51,420 bases of DNA from Patescibacteria group bacterium (GTDB lineage: Bacteria; Patescibacteriota; Minisyncoccia; Minisyncoccales; Staskawiczbacteraceae): positions 1 through 51,420 of the forward strand of contig JBBTQB010000007.1 in the NCBI GenBank assembly GCA_038065835.1, in the 5' to 3' direction. A model generated the notes under the pieces. That model saw only the letters and a program-made list of their open reading frames with translations, did no database searches and was not told the origin of the DNA. Made by a program: the position numbers and the translations under genes. Positions 41,636-50,232 of the stretch are shown here, one piece after another; within the stretch, counting starts at the first letter, position 1, and each line of letters begins with the position of its first letter.

Positions 41636-42262
41636 CTATGAAATGCTTAGATGATTGAAGAATGACCTAAACAACTTCAAGCCGTTGTTTTGTGATTTCT
41701 CGGGGTGAAATTGGACTCCAAAAATATTATCTTTTTGCACCGCCACCGCCATCTCTTGGCCATAATTACAAGTTGCCGCAGTATATTTTCTATTACACTC
41801 TAAATAGTAGCTATGGTCAAAATAAAAATTTGAACCATCTGATAATTTTGAGAATAAAGGCTCTTTTTTAAAAATATTTATTGTATTCCATCCAACGTGA
41901 GGTATTCTAAATCCCTTTTTTTCTTTAAACCTTACAACATTCCCGCTTATAAAACCCAATCCCCTGTGAAATCCGTTTTCTTCTGACCAGTCAGCAAACA
42001 CCTGGAATCCCAGGCAAATTCCTAAAATCGGCTTTTTCTTTTTTAAAACTTGTTGCTTTAACAATTGAGTGATTTTAAACTTTTCAAGATTCTTCATTGC
42101 TTCGCCAAAAGCGCCAACACCGGGTAAAATAAGAACCTTGGCATTTTCAATGTCCTTTTTTTTATTTGAAACCAAAAAATCATATCCTAAGGATTCAAGC
42201 GCGTTTATCACCGATTGATCATTTCCAACCCCATAATCAATAATAAGAATGGGTTTGTTCAT
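41636..42262 (-). CDS. HisH-like glutamine amidotransferase subunit (WbuY-type)
   Basis: 208 aa. Nucleophile elbow GICLGFQV. HVGWN. FGVQFHPEKS. Confidence 0.85.
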   Translation of the reverse strand: MNKPILIIDYGVGNDQSVINALESLGYDFLVSNKKKDIENAKVLILPGVGAFGEAMKNLEKFKITQLLKQQVLKKKKPILGICLGFQVFADWSEENGFHRGLGFISGNVVRFKEKKGFRIPHVGWNTINIFKKEPLFSKLSDGSNFYFDHSYYLECNRKYTAATCNYGQEMAVAVQKDNIFGVQFHPEKSQNNGLKLFRSFFNHLSIS

Positions 42263-43383
42263 TTTAACTCTACTTTTAATTTAAATTTCTCATTTCTATC
42301 TTTTTTCCAGATGTTTTTATTACGATATGATTCAGCAACTTTCCAAAATTTCTTTTCTGAAATTCCAAGGTATTTACAAAATCTTTTAATAAATCTATCA
42401 GCGCATTTGCCATCGTACTTTTTAACAAACTCTATTGCTTTTTTTCTTGTTATCATTTTGAGTCTCACTGCTTCAGCTATCTGGTCGGTAACTTGGCCAA
42501 AACCAAATTTTAAATATTTTAGCATCTGGTTTACCACTACATAGTCTTCGTCTAAGGCGCCGAAGCCATAAATATCTCCAATATCTTCAGGCGGATCGTC
42601 CCGCACCATCAAACCTCTTTTAACAGCAAATTCAGCATTTTTAAACCTTGTGAAATCTTTTATATAGTAACCCAAATAAACAATTCTCAATTTTGCCCAC
42701 TCTAATTCTTCATCTTCAGGATATTTGTATAAAATAAGATCTTGGTCCTCCATTTCTTCAGTCACTAAATTATTTTTTCTTGGATCTCCCCCTTGCAACG
42801 TATGATAATATTTCATTTTGTTTGCATCTCCTGTTAAAGATCCGACACCCGTATCTCCCATGGCGATAGCTGGATTTTCTCCTAAAAATATAAGAGGGAT
42901 ATGATAGGCAATAGCAACCTTAGGAGCCGACGCGTAAAGAGCCATCTCTGTTGATTTACACCAATTTCCATATTTCAAAAACCCTTGCAACATTAATTTT
43001 TTCCATACTTTAGGATTTGGAGCCGTTGTAATACAGTCAAAACCCAGGGAAATGAGATTTGATATGTTGCGAGCTCCCCTTTCTGCAAGCTGCTCTGGTG
43101 GGTATTGGCAAGAAACCAATAACGGCTTTAATCCTAGCTCATCTCTAACAAATATGGACTGGCGAGTACTGTCTTTTCCTCCGCTCACCCCAATAATACA
43201 ATCGTATCCTGAAACATTATGTTTCTTCCCATATTCAGCAATTTCCTTTAATTCCCTAGCTCTTTCCCCCCAATCAATTGCTTGGGTCTGTTTAGCAAAA
43301 AAACAGGCCAGGCAAACCCCATTTTTATCAAATTGAATGCCAGGCCTGGTATCTGGTTGAACACATTCTTTGCAATATTTCAT
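42259..43383 (-). CDS. N-acetyl sugar amidotransferase (WbuX/PseA/LfnA-type), copy 1
   Basis: 374 aa. CKECVQPDTRPG...CLAC. Canonical PP-loop IIGVSGGKDS. Confidence 0.8.
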   Translation of the reverse strand: MKYCKECVQPDTRPGIQFDKNGVCLACFFAKQTQAIDWGERARELKEIAEYGKKHNVSGYDCIIGVSGGKDSTRQSIFVRDELGLKPLLVSCQYPPEQLAERGARNISNLISLGFDCITTAPNPKVWKKLMLQGFLKYGNWCKSTEMALYASAPKVAIAYHIPLIFLGENPAIAMGDTGVGSLTGDANKMKYYHTLQGGDPRKNNLVTEEMEDQDLILYKYPEDEELEWAKLRIVYLGYYIKDFTRFKNAEFAVKRGLMVRDDPPEDIGDIYGFGALDEDYVVVNQMLKYLKFGFGQVTDQIAEAVRLKMITRKKAIEFVKKYDGKCADRFIKRFCKYLGISEKKFWKVAESYRNKNIWKKDRNEKFKLKVELK

Positions 43384-43405
43384 TTATTATTAATTTCGGT
43401 TAAAT

Positions 43406-44116
43406 TTAACTTGATTTTCTAGCGTCTTCAATAAATATAGCCACTCCCTCTTTGGATTTTGCCGATACTAAGGATTTAGCAAGGGCTTCCGGAGGAATAG
43501 TTATGGCGTGGCCTCCAGCTCTTGAAAAGTATTCAACGTTTTCTGGACTCCTTACGGAAGCTATTAAAATTTCAACACCATTAATCTGATAACAATCAAG
43601 CCAATCGCGCGTATTTTTAATTGCGTTAAAAGCGACTTGAACTCCGTGCTCTTCTGCGATTCTACCCGCAAAAATGCTGATGAAATGAGGTTTTTTTGCA
43701 TTTGCAGATTGTAAACCATTGGCAAGAGTTTTTGCTGTCAATATTGCCTGATTATAGGTCATCACTGAGGTCACGTTTATAATTATTCCCTCTTTGACCA
43801 ATTGATTAATCGCTGAAAGCAAAGAGTTGCCATTTCTGTCAATTACAGTCACTTTCACTACTATATTTAGAGCCCAGTTGGTAAATTCTCTTGCCTGGCT
43901 TATAATTTCTTCTGGGTTTTCTGATGTTACTTCAACACTTAGTGGTCTTGGATCAATTAATTTTGCAATTTCCAGGATTCTTTCCTTAACTTTTTCCTTG
44001 TCCAAAATTCCCGCTTTTACAAAAGTTGTGGGATTGGTAGTAACCCCGTCGCAAAGCCCTTCTGCAAGATATTTTTTAATTTCCTCTATGCTGGCTGTGT
44101 CTATAAATATTTTCAT
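43406..44116 (-). CDS. Fructose-6-phosphate aldolase / type-3B transaldolase family protein
   Basis: 236 aa. MKIFIDTASIEEIKK and DGVTTNPT. Confidence 0.8.
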   Translation of the reverse strand: MKIFIDTASIEEIKKYLAEGLCDGVTTNPTTFVKAGILDKEKVKERILEIAKLIDPRPLSVEVTSENPEEIISQAREFTNWALNIVVKVTVIDRNGNSLLSAINQLVKEGIIINVTSVMTYNQAILTAKTLANGLQSANAKKPHFISIFAGRIAEEHGVQVAFNAIKNTRDWLDCYQINGVEILIASVRSPENVEYFSRAGGHAITIPPEALAKSLVSAKSKEGVAIFIEDARKSS

Positions 44117-44133
44117 ATTTTGTTCTTTTTAAT

Positions 44134-46380
44134 TTAACTTTGTTTTACGAGATTGCCAATCCAATTAATTCTTTTGGGGACCGAGGTACTTTCTGCTTTT
44201 GTAGATACATAGTTTACTAAATCAAAATATCTGTTTGTCGAATTTTCATTGTCAAAATAACCATGCAAATATAAATTATTGTTCAACATACGAACATTAT
44301 CCTCAATAAAGACGGCTGAATGCGTTGTAAACTTATGCTCTTCTGGTCCCTTATCAGAATCTTGAAAAAGGTAAAGATTTTTCAGTTCTCCTTCTTTAAA
44401 GGCTCTTTTAAGGTCTTCAAGAACTTGCTCTTTAGAGACATTATTTGTAAGCTTGAACCTAAAATCAAGCATTGAAACTCCGTCGTAGGGAACGACGGTG
44501 TAATTTACCGTAAAATTATTTTTGTTAATGAAATCTAAAAGATTAGGTCCTGATTTTTCAAGAGTACAAAATTTTCTGTTCATAGTATTAAAATCTTTAA
44601 GTTTGTAATTGGGAACACTGTGTACAAAGTTAGCATCGCTTTCCAAAACGCCGTACTTTTTATTGATATAATTTGTTAAAGGAACATATGAGTTGACTGT
44701 GCAAGAACCGTAAGAAATTACCTTCATGTCTTTATTGTATTCAAGATGATTAAAACCATAAATTAAATTTTTAGCGTCCCATGAAGTTGCAGAAATTACT
44801 ACTAATTTTGTGTTGTCTAGAATATACTTTTCACAGTCTTTGGCAATATTGTTTTTACCAGAGCATTCCAAAAATATATTAGGCTTTCCTACCCAAGGTA
44901 TTTGGTCTTTTAATTTGTTTGTATACTCTATAGTAACCTTTGCGGCATCTGAGTCAGAAAAAACCAAATTACTTTGCAATATACTCACCTTATAATCTTT
45001 AAAAGAAACGTAAGAGTCATTATTAATGATAGAAAGCGCATCTTCAATTGAAAGAAAATTATCGTTAATGTAATTAATTTCAAAATTAGCGCTGTTTTTC
45101 CTATCAAGCCAATACCTTAAAAGGTGAAGTCCGAACCTGCCAAATCCATTTATTCCAGTAGTTGTTATAGGCCTTGTTTTAATAATGAGGGTTTCTTGTA
45201 TTTTATCTTCTATTTTCAGTAAATCTTCAAGTGTATCTGCAGAACTTATAATTTGATTGGTCCTTGCAGCTGAATGTACCAGGGGTTTTACTCTATCTCC
45301 AATTTTAGACCTGAAATAGACATCTCGCACCCCCCTTATATTTTTAAGTTCTTCTGCCCCTTGAATATCAACAATGATTCCTGAATCATGGATTACCGAA
45401 ATGGTAGAAGACCATTTCACCCATTTGGGCACCAAGTCAACCGGATCTAATGGAAGCCCACAGGCAATATCTATTGTAGCTTTTAAGATATCCATGCCAA
45501 AGCTATAGGGTTTTCTCAGTTGTGAATCAAATCCTCCGGAAGTTCTGGCAGTTACTTCAAGAATTCTTACATTTCCCTCTTCATCTACTAATAAATCTCC
45601 CTTAAATGCTCCATCCGTGACACCCAAGACCTTGGCAGCTTTATCCATTTTTTCATACATGGCGCTCTGCACGCTTTCTGGCAGTAAAGAGGGAGTGCGG
45701 GAGCCAATATGCACCGCATATTTTTCCTTTGGCAGGAAAATCCTGTCTGAAACGCCAGCGGGATATAATTTACCCTGATACAAAACTGTGTCCACACTAT
45801 ATTCTTCACCTTTTAATTCTTCTTCAATTAAAACTTCTTTTGTAAAGTTGCAAAAACTTAACGCTAAGTTAAATGCTTGCTCTAACTGGTCTTCGCTAGT
45901 TATTTTAGTTATCCCCTTACAAGCCCAGCTGTCTGCTGGCTTTACATAACAGGGGAAACCAACATCTTTTACTGCTTCCTCAACTTCCTGTAGGTTCTTA
46001 GCCGTGGCGAAGCGGACATTTTCTACGCCAGCCCCCGAAAGAATGTGACGCATTCTAATTTTACTCTTGCAATTTAAAGCAGCTTCGGGGTCTATGCCGG
46101 GCAAACCAGCTTCTTTTGCAGCATAAGCTACGGTGTAAGCGACATCATGTCCTTGAGTGTATACTGCAATGATTTTGCCTTCTGACTTTAACTGCTTTGC
46201 CACTTTAGCTGCTCCACCTAAGTCATTTATATCAACGCAATAGAAAAAGTCAGCGTATTCTCTTGCAACACAGTTTTCTGAACCATCTAAAAGATAGGTG
46301 GTAAAACCAAGCTCTTTTGCCTTCTTCAAACCCGGTATCTGCAGCTCACCCCCCCCAATAATTAAAATTCCTTTTTCCAT
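44134..46380 (-). CDS. Fusion protein: N-terminal ATP-grasp ligase + C-terminal divergent GAPDH-like dehydrogenase
   Basis: 748 aa. Residues about 1-400 are ATP-grasp-like (GFPCYVKPADSWACKG, ILEVTARTSGG). Residues about 405-748 carry GAPDH landmarks INGFGRFGLHLLR, SYGSCTVNSYVPL (catalytic Cys context) and YFDNENSTNRYFDLV. Confidence 0.7.
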   Translation of the reverse strand: MEKGILIIGGGELQIPGLKKAKELGFTTYLLDGSENCVAREYADFFYCVDINDLGGAAKVAKQLKSEGKIIAVYTQGHDVAYTVAYAAKEAGLPGIDPEAALNCKSKIRMRHILSGAGVENVRFATAKNLQEVEEAVKDVGFPCYVKPADSWACKGITKITSEDQLEQAFNLALSFCNFTKEVLIEEELKGEEYSVDTVLYQGKLYPAGVSDRIFLPKEKYAVHIGSRTPSLLPESVQSAMYEKMDKAAKVLGVTDGAFKGDLLVDEEGNVRILEVTARTSGGFDSQLRKPYSFGMDILKATIDIACGLPLDPVDLVPKWVKWSSTISVIHDSGIIVDIQGAEELKNIRGVRDVYFRSKIGDRVKPLVHSAARTNQIISSADTLEDLLKIEDKIQETLIIKTRPITTTGINGFGRFGLHLLRYWLDRKNSANFEINYINDNFLSIEDALSIINNDSYVSFKDYKVSILQSNLVFSDSDAAKVTIEYTNKLKDQIPWVGKPNIFLECSGKNNIAKDCEKYILDNTKLVVISATSWDAKNLIYGFNHLEYNKDMKVISYGSCTVNSYVPLTNYINKKYGVLESDANFVHSVPNYKLKDFNTMNRKFCTLEKSGPNLLDFINKNNFTVNYTVVPYDGVSMLDFRFKLTNNVSKEQVLEDLKRAFKEGELKNLYLFQDSDKGPEEHKFTTHSAVFIEDNVRMLNNNLYLHGYFDNENSTNRYFDLVNYVSTKAESTSVPKRINWIGNLVKQS

Positions 46381-46396
46381 ATTATAGACTTGCTTT

Positions 46397-46427
46397 GTAA
46401 TAATTTTTCGTGACGAAAAATTATTAC
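46397..46427. repeat. Intercistronic 14-bp perfect hairpin incorporating the HAD stop codon
   Basis: GTAATAATTTTTCG-tga-CGAAAAATTATTAC. Confidence 0.85.
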
Positions 46428-47122
46428 GCAGTAAGTTTTTTTTCTAATTCTTTTAAACTTTTAACTATTATTAAATTGTCTTTAACTAAATTTTCTTTGT
46501 TATTCGTTATCCAACAAACTTTAGCTCCCATATTAAGAAATCCCTCAACATCATTTTTAAAATTATCACCTATATAAAGAAACTCTTCTGGAAATTTTAC
46601 TGATATTTTATTCAAATATTTATTAAGACTTTCAAGTATTTTTTTGGTTGGTTTTTTATCTTTCTTGCCTTTTCCGTAAATAACGAAGTCAAAATAATCA
46701 TAAATTCCGGCCTTTTTTATTCTTCCTTCCTGGTACGACCGTTTTCCATCTGTAATAATTCCCATTTTAAATACAGTTTTCTTTATTGATTCCAATAAAT
46801 CTTTTGCGCCATTTAGGAGTTTTTCGTCTTGGAAAGTTTTTCTTAGTTCTAATAAAATCTCTTCTTTAAATTCCTTGCCAATTTTAAGCTCGGCTAAAGT
46901 ATCATCTAAGTGAAATTTGTAATTTGGTCCCTTCTTATTATATATCTCAAAAAACCTTTTTTCCAAATTTGGTGATAAAAAACTGTAATCTCTTAAAACT
47001 TTTTGCCACCTTTGTCTTATTGAATACTGCCCGTCAATCAAAGTATCATCAAAATCAAATCCAATTGCTCTTATGTTTCCAAAAAATTTAGTATTTCCTG
47101 ATTTTTTCTGTAATTTTGCCAT
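46424..47122 (-). CDS. HAD-superfamily phosphatase
   Basis: 232 aa. DxDxT motif GFDFDDTLIDG. ITDGK. YIGDNFKNDVEG. Confidence 0.7.
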   Translation of the reverse strand: MAKLQKKSGNTKFFGNIRAIGFDFDDTLIDGQYSIRQRWQKVLRDYSFLSPNLEKRFFEIYNKKGPNYKFHLDDTLAELKIGKEFKEEILLELRKTFQDEKLLNGAKDLLESIKKTVFKMGIITDGKRSYQEGRIKKAGIYDYFDFVIYGKGKKDKKPTKKILESLNKYLNKISVKFPEEFLYIGDNFKNDVEGFLNMGAKVCWITNNKENLVKDNLIIVKSLKELEKKLTA

Positions 47123-47777
47123 ATTTTTTCCTTAGCTGGCTAATTCCTTTTTCTACAACTTTTTCATCAAAAGTCAAACTGCCTTCTGTTCTTATGTAGA
47201 CATATAGGGGAATGGGTAGGTGTTTGCCTATTTTTTTGGCTTTCATCATTCTCAACAAAAAGTCATATTCTGCAAATACAAAATCTTTGTTGTAAAGCCC
47301 TAATTCTTTGAATAATTCTTTCTTAAACATTATTGCAGTAGCCAAGCTGTTAAATATGTTTTTTTTTAAAGAAACCTTTTTCCTTTTTACGCCATAAAAA
47401 GGCTTTTCAAAATAATCACAATAAACAAAGTCCGCAAATTTATCCTTTTCAAATTCCTTCAACATTTTTTCTAAAGTATAGGGAAGAAACTGGTCATCTG
47501 AATCAAGTAAAGTTACATATTTGCCCCGGCTTTCCAAAATACCTCTATTGGTTGCAGGAGTACCTCCCAAGTGTTCTTGATGAATTAATCTTATTTTCCC
47601 TTTGTAATTTTTTAGGATATCCAGTGTATTGTCTTCTGACCCATCATCTATTACCAGGATTTCGTAAAGTTCTTTATTTAATGTTTGACGAAGAGCGCTG
47701 TCAATAGCTTTTTTCACGAATTTCCCTGAGTTATAAGTACGTATTATAACGCTTATTTTTGGTTTGTTATTTTTCAT
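47088..47777 (-). CDS. GT2-family glycosyltransferase
   Basis: 229 aa. ISVIIRTYNSGKF, VIDDGSEDNT, LLDSDDQF. Confidence 0.8.
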   Translation of the reverse strand: MKNNKPKISVIIRTYNSGKFVKKAIDSALRQTLNKELYEILVIDDGSEDNTLDILKNYKGKIRLIHQEHLGGTPATNRGILESRGKYVTLLDSDDQFLPYTLEKMLKEFEKDKFADFVYCDYFEKPFYGVKRKKVSLKKNIFNSLATAIMFKKELFKELGLYNKDFVFAEYDFLLRMMKAKKIGKHLPIPLYVYIRTEGSLTFDEKVVEKGISQLRKKYGKITEKIRKY

Positions 47778-47786
47778 TTCAAATTT

Positions 47787-48893
47787 TCATTTTGAAAGCA
47801 CGTGTTCCCAACTTATGCTCCGATATTTTTGCAGATTTTTTGTTGCTTTATATCCCCCAACCAGCAATTCGTAATACTTAGGGTCCAATCCTCTTCTATG
47901 ATTGCCCGGTCTTAAAACGGCAATATTTTCCCTGCTGAATTTTTCCCCCTTTTTAATGTTTTTTATGGCAAAGACGCATCTTTGAGCAAAGGATCTAGGA
48001 ATCATTTCATTTTTATAAGCTTTTCTTTCTGGACTCCCTAGTAATTGGTTTTGAATCTTTATTTTCCTGCCTATTTTCATCTCTTTTTCTGTTCGCCTTA
48101 TGGTTTTTACCATTAAAGTAAGCTCTTTGGGCTCTAGGGCAAAAAAGTGATCAGGCCCTGGCATATTTTTATCTAGTGTTATATGTTTTTCAATGATTTT
48201 TGCTCCCAATGCCACGGCTGCCCTTGGCGCAATTATTGGGTCAGCTGAATGGTCTGAATATCCTATCACTATATCAGGAAAAGCTGTCTTTAGGGCGTAA
48301 ATCACAGAAAGATTAAGTCTATTCAGGGGTGCTCCGTATTCGGCAATGCAATGCAGAAGGGCTATTCTATTGTTTTTTTCCTCTTTAAATATTTCCAGTG
48401 CCTCTGCTATCTCTTTTATTTCAGCTGCCCCACAGGAAAATATAATTGGCTTCTGGAATCTAGCCACATATCTTAAAAGTGGAATGTGGGTTATTTCATA
48501 CGAGGCAAACTTAAAAGCTGGCATTTTGTATTTTTTTAAGATATCCGCCCCCTTCTCTTCGCAGACAGTGCAAAAAAATTCTAACCCCTTACTTTCAGCA
48601 TATTTCTTTAATTTGGGAATCCAACTTTGGGGCAATTGGGCACTTTTGACTATTTGATATATATTCTTCTTCCTGCCTTGACCGCTTTTATCATTTCCGG
48701 CGCTAGGAGGATACATTTTTTTAGCAAAAAACAGTTGAAATTTTACCGCATCGCAACCGGCCCTTGCCGCTGAATCTATCAATTTTAAGGCATTTTCGTA
48801 TTCTCCATTAAAGTTAATACCAACTTCAGCAACTATAAAACAGGGGTTGCTGCCTCCAATTTTAGTTTTTCCAATGTTAAACTCTTTTGCCAT
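47787..48893 (-). CDS. Nonulosonic-acid synthase (NeuB/PseI/LegI family) with SAF domain
   Basis: 368 aa. CFIVAEVGINFNG, DAVKFQLF, GYSDHS. C-terminal SAF-like RENIAVLRPG. Confidence 0.85.
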   Translation of the reverse strand: MAKEFNIGKTKIGGSNPCFIVAEVGINFNGEYENALKLIDSAARAGCDAVKFQLFFAKKMYPPSAGNDKSGQGRKKNIYQIVKSAQLPQSWIPKLKKYAESKGLEFFCTVCEEKGADILKKYKMPAFKFASYEITHIPLLRYVARFQKPIIFSCGAAEIKEIAEALEIFKEEKNNRIALLHCIAEYGAPLNRLNLSVIYALKTAFPDIVIGYSDHSADPIIAPRAAVALGAKIIEKHITLDKNMPGPDHFFALEPKELTLMVKTIRRTEKEMKIGRKIKIQNQLLGSPERKAYKNEMIPRSFAQRCVFAIKNIKKGEKFSRENIAVLRPGNHRRGLDPKYYELLVGGYKATKNLQKYRSISWEHVLSK

Positions 48894-48913
48894 AAATTAT
48901 AATTTTGATATTT

Positions 48914-48969
48914 ATCCCGCACTTAAAAATATATCTCAGCTACAAAATCATAATTTTTAAGTGCGGGAT
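48914..48969. repeat. 17-bp perfect inverted repeat, family-A-like core (AGTGCGGGAT)
   Basis: ATCCCGCACTTAAAAAT (48914-48930) pairs with ATTTTTAAGTGCGGGAT (48953-48969), 22-nt loop. Core GTGC[G]GGATT resembles the family-A GTGCAGGATT. Confidence 0.8.
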
Positions 48970-49035
48970 TCCGCTCGTAATTTAAGCTTCCTATAAGTAA
49001 GCAAAAACTTGTTAATAGGGCTTGAATTACTCGCT

Positions 49036-50232
49036 TCATTTTCTGTAATATGCAATAATTTTTATTACGGCCCTAACAACATCCTCTGCATCTTTCTTGC
49101 CTAAATCAGGATGCATAGGCAAGGAAATTATTCTGTCAAAAATATATTCTGCATTGGGAAAATTACCTCGTCTAAATCCAAATTTTTCCTTATAATAAGG
49201 GTGCAAATGGACAGGAATAAAATGAACGCTGGCTCCAATATTTTCTGCGTCCAAAGCAATGAAAAACTGATTTCTGTCTACTTTTAATTTATCAATGTCA
49301 ATTAAAATTGAGTACAGGTGCCTAGCGTGCTTTATGTACTTTCTTGGAGTAGGAATAGTGATTTCTTTAACATGTTTAAAATTCTTGTTATAAAACTGGG
49401 CTATTTTTTCTCTCTTCCTAATAAAACCCTCCAATTTTTTAATTTGATGCATGCCCATAGAGGCCTGGATGTCTGTCATATTATATTTAAATCCAGGATA
49501 CTTTATCTCATAATACCAATATCCTTTCTTAGAATACCTTTTCCAGGCATCCCTATTCATACCGTGTAGACTCATTACTCTTATCTTTTCTTCTGCGTTA
49601 TTATCTTTTAAGCAAACCATTCCACCTTCGGCAGTCGTTATATTTTTTGTTGCGTAAAAGCTGAAGGTTGTATAATCACTGATTGTTCCTATATTTCTGC
49701 CTTTATACTTAGCTCCTATGGCGTGAGCCGCGTCCTCTATTACTACTAAGTTATGCTTCTTGGCAATCTTTAAAATTTCATCCATATCGCAGGGATGTCC
49801 TCCGTAGTGCACGGGCATTATGGCTTTGGTTTTCTTTGTTATAGCTCTTTCAATTAAACTAGGATCAATATTATAGGTATCTTTTTGAATATCAACGAAA
49901 ACCGGTTTTGCTCCAACATGCAAAATGACATTAGAAGTAGCCGCAAAAGTAAACGGGGTTGTAATAACTTCATCCCCGAACCCAATACCAGCTGCAATTA
50001 GTGATAAATGTAGCCCGGCAGTACAGGAATTTAAAGCTACGGTATATTTGCAACCCACATATTTTCTAAGTATCTGTTCAAATTTATGTGTTTTTGGACC
50101 AGTGGTTATCCAGCCCGATTTTAAAGTATCAACTACTTCACTAACTTCCTCCTTGCCAAAAGAATAAGGGAAGGGAGATAGTTGACTTTTTCTTACTTTT
50201 TTACCACCGGCAATAGCTGGTTTCTCTATCAT
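49036..50232 (-). CDS. DegT/DnrJ/EryC1/StrS sugar aminotransferase (PseC/LegC/ArnB-like)
   Basis: 398 aa. PLP lysine in FSFYATKNITTAEGGMV. Confidence 0.85.
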   Translation of the reverse strand: MIEKPAIAGGKKVRKSQLSPFPYSFGKEEVSEVVDTLKSGWITTGPKTHKFEQILRKYVGCKYTVALNSCTAGLHLSLIAAGIGFGDEVITTPFTFAATSNVILHVGAKPVFVDIQKDTYNIDPSLIERAITKKTKAIMPVHYGGHPCDMDEILKIAKKHNLVVIEDAAHAIGAKYKGRNIGTISDYTTFSFYATKNITTAEGGMVCLKDNNAEEKIRVMSLHGMNRDAWKRYSKKGYWYYEIKYPGFKYNMTDIQASMGMHQIKKLEGFIRKREKIAQFYNKNFKHVKEITIPTPRKYIKHARHLYSILIDIDKLKVDRNQFFIALDAENIGASVHFIPVHLHPYYKEKFGFRRGNFPNAEYIFDRIISLPMHPDLGKKDAEDVVRAVIKIIAYYRK

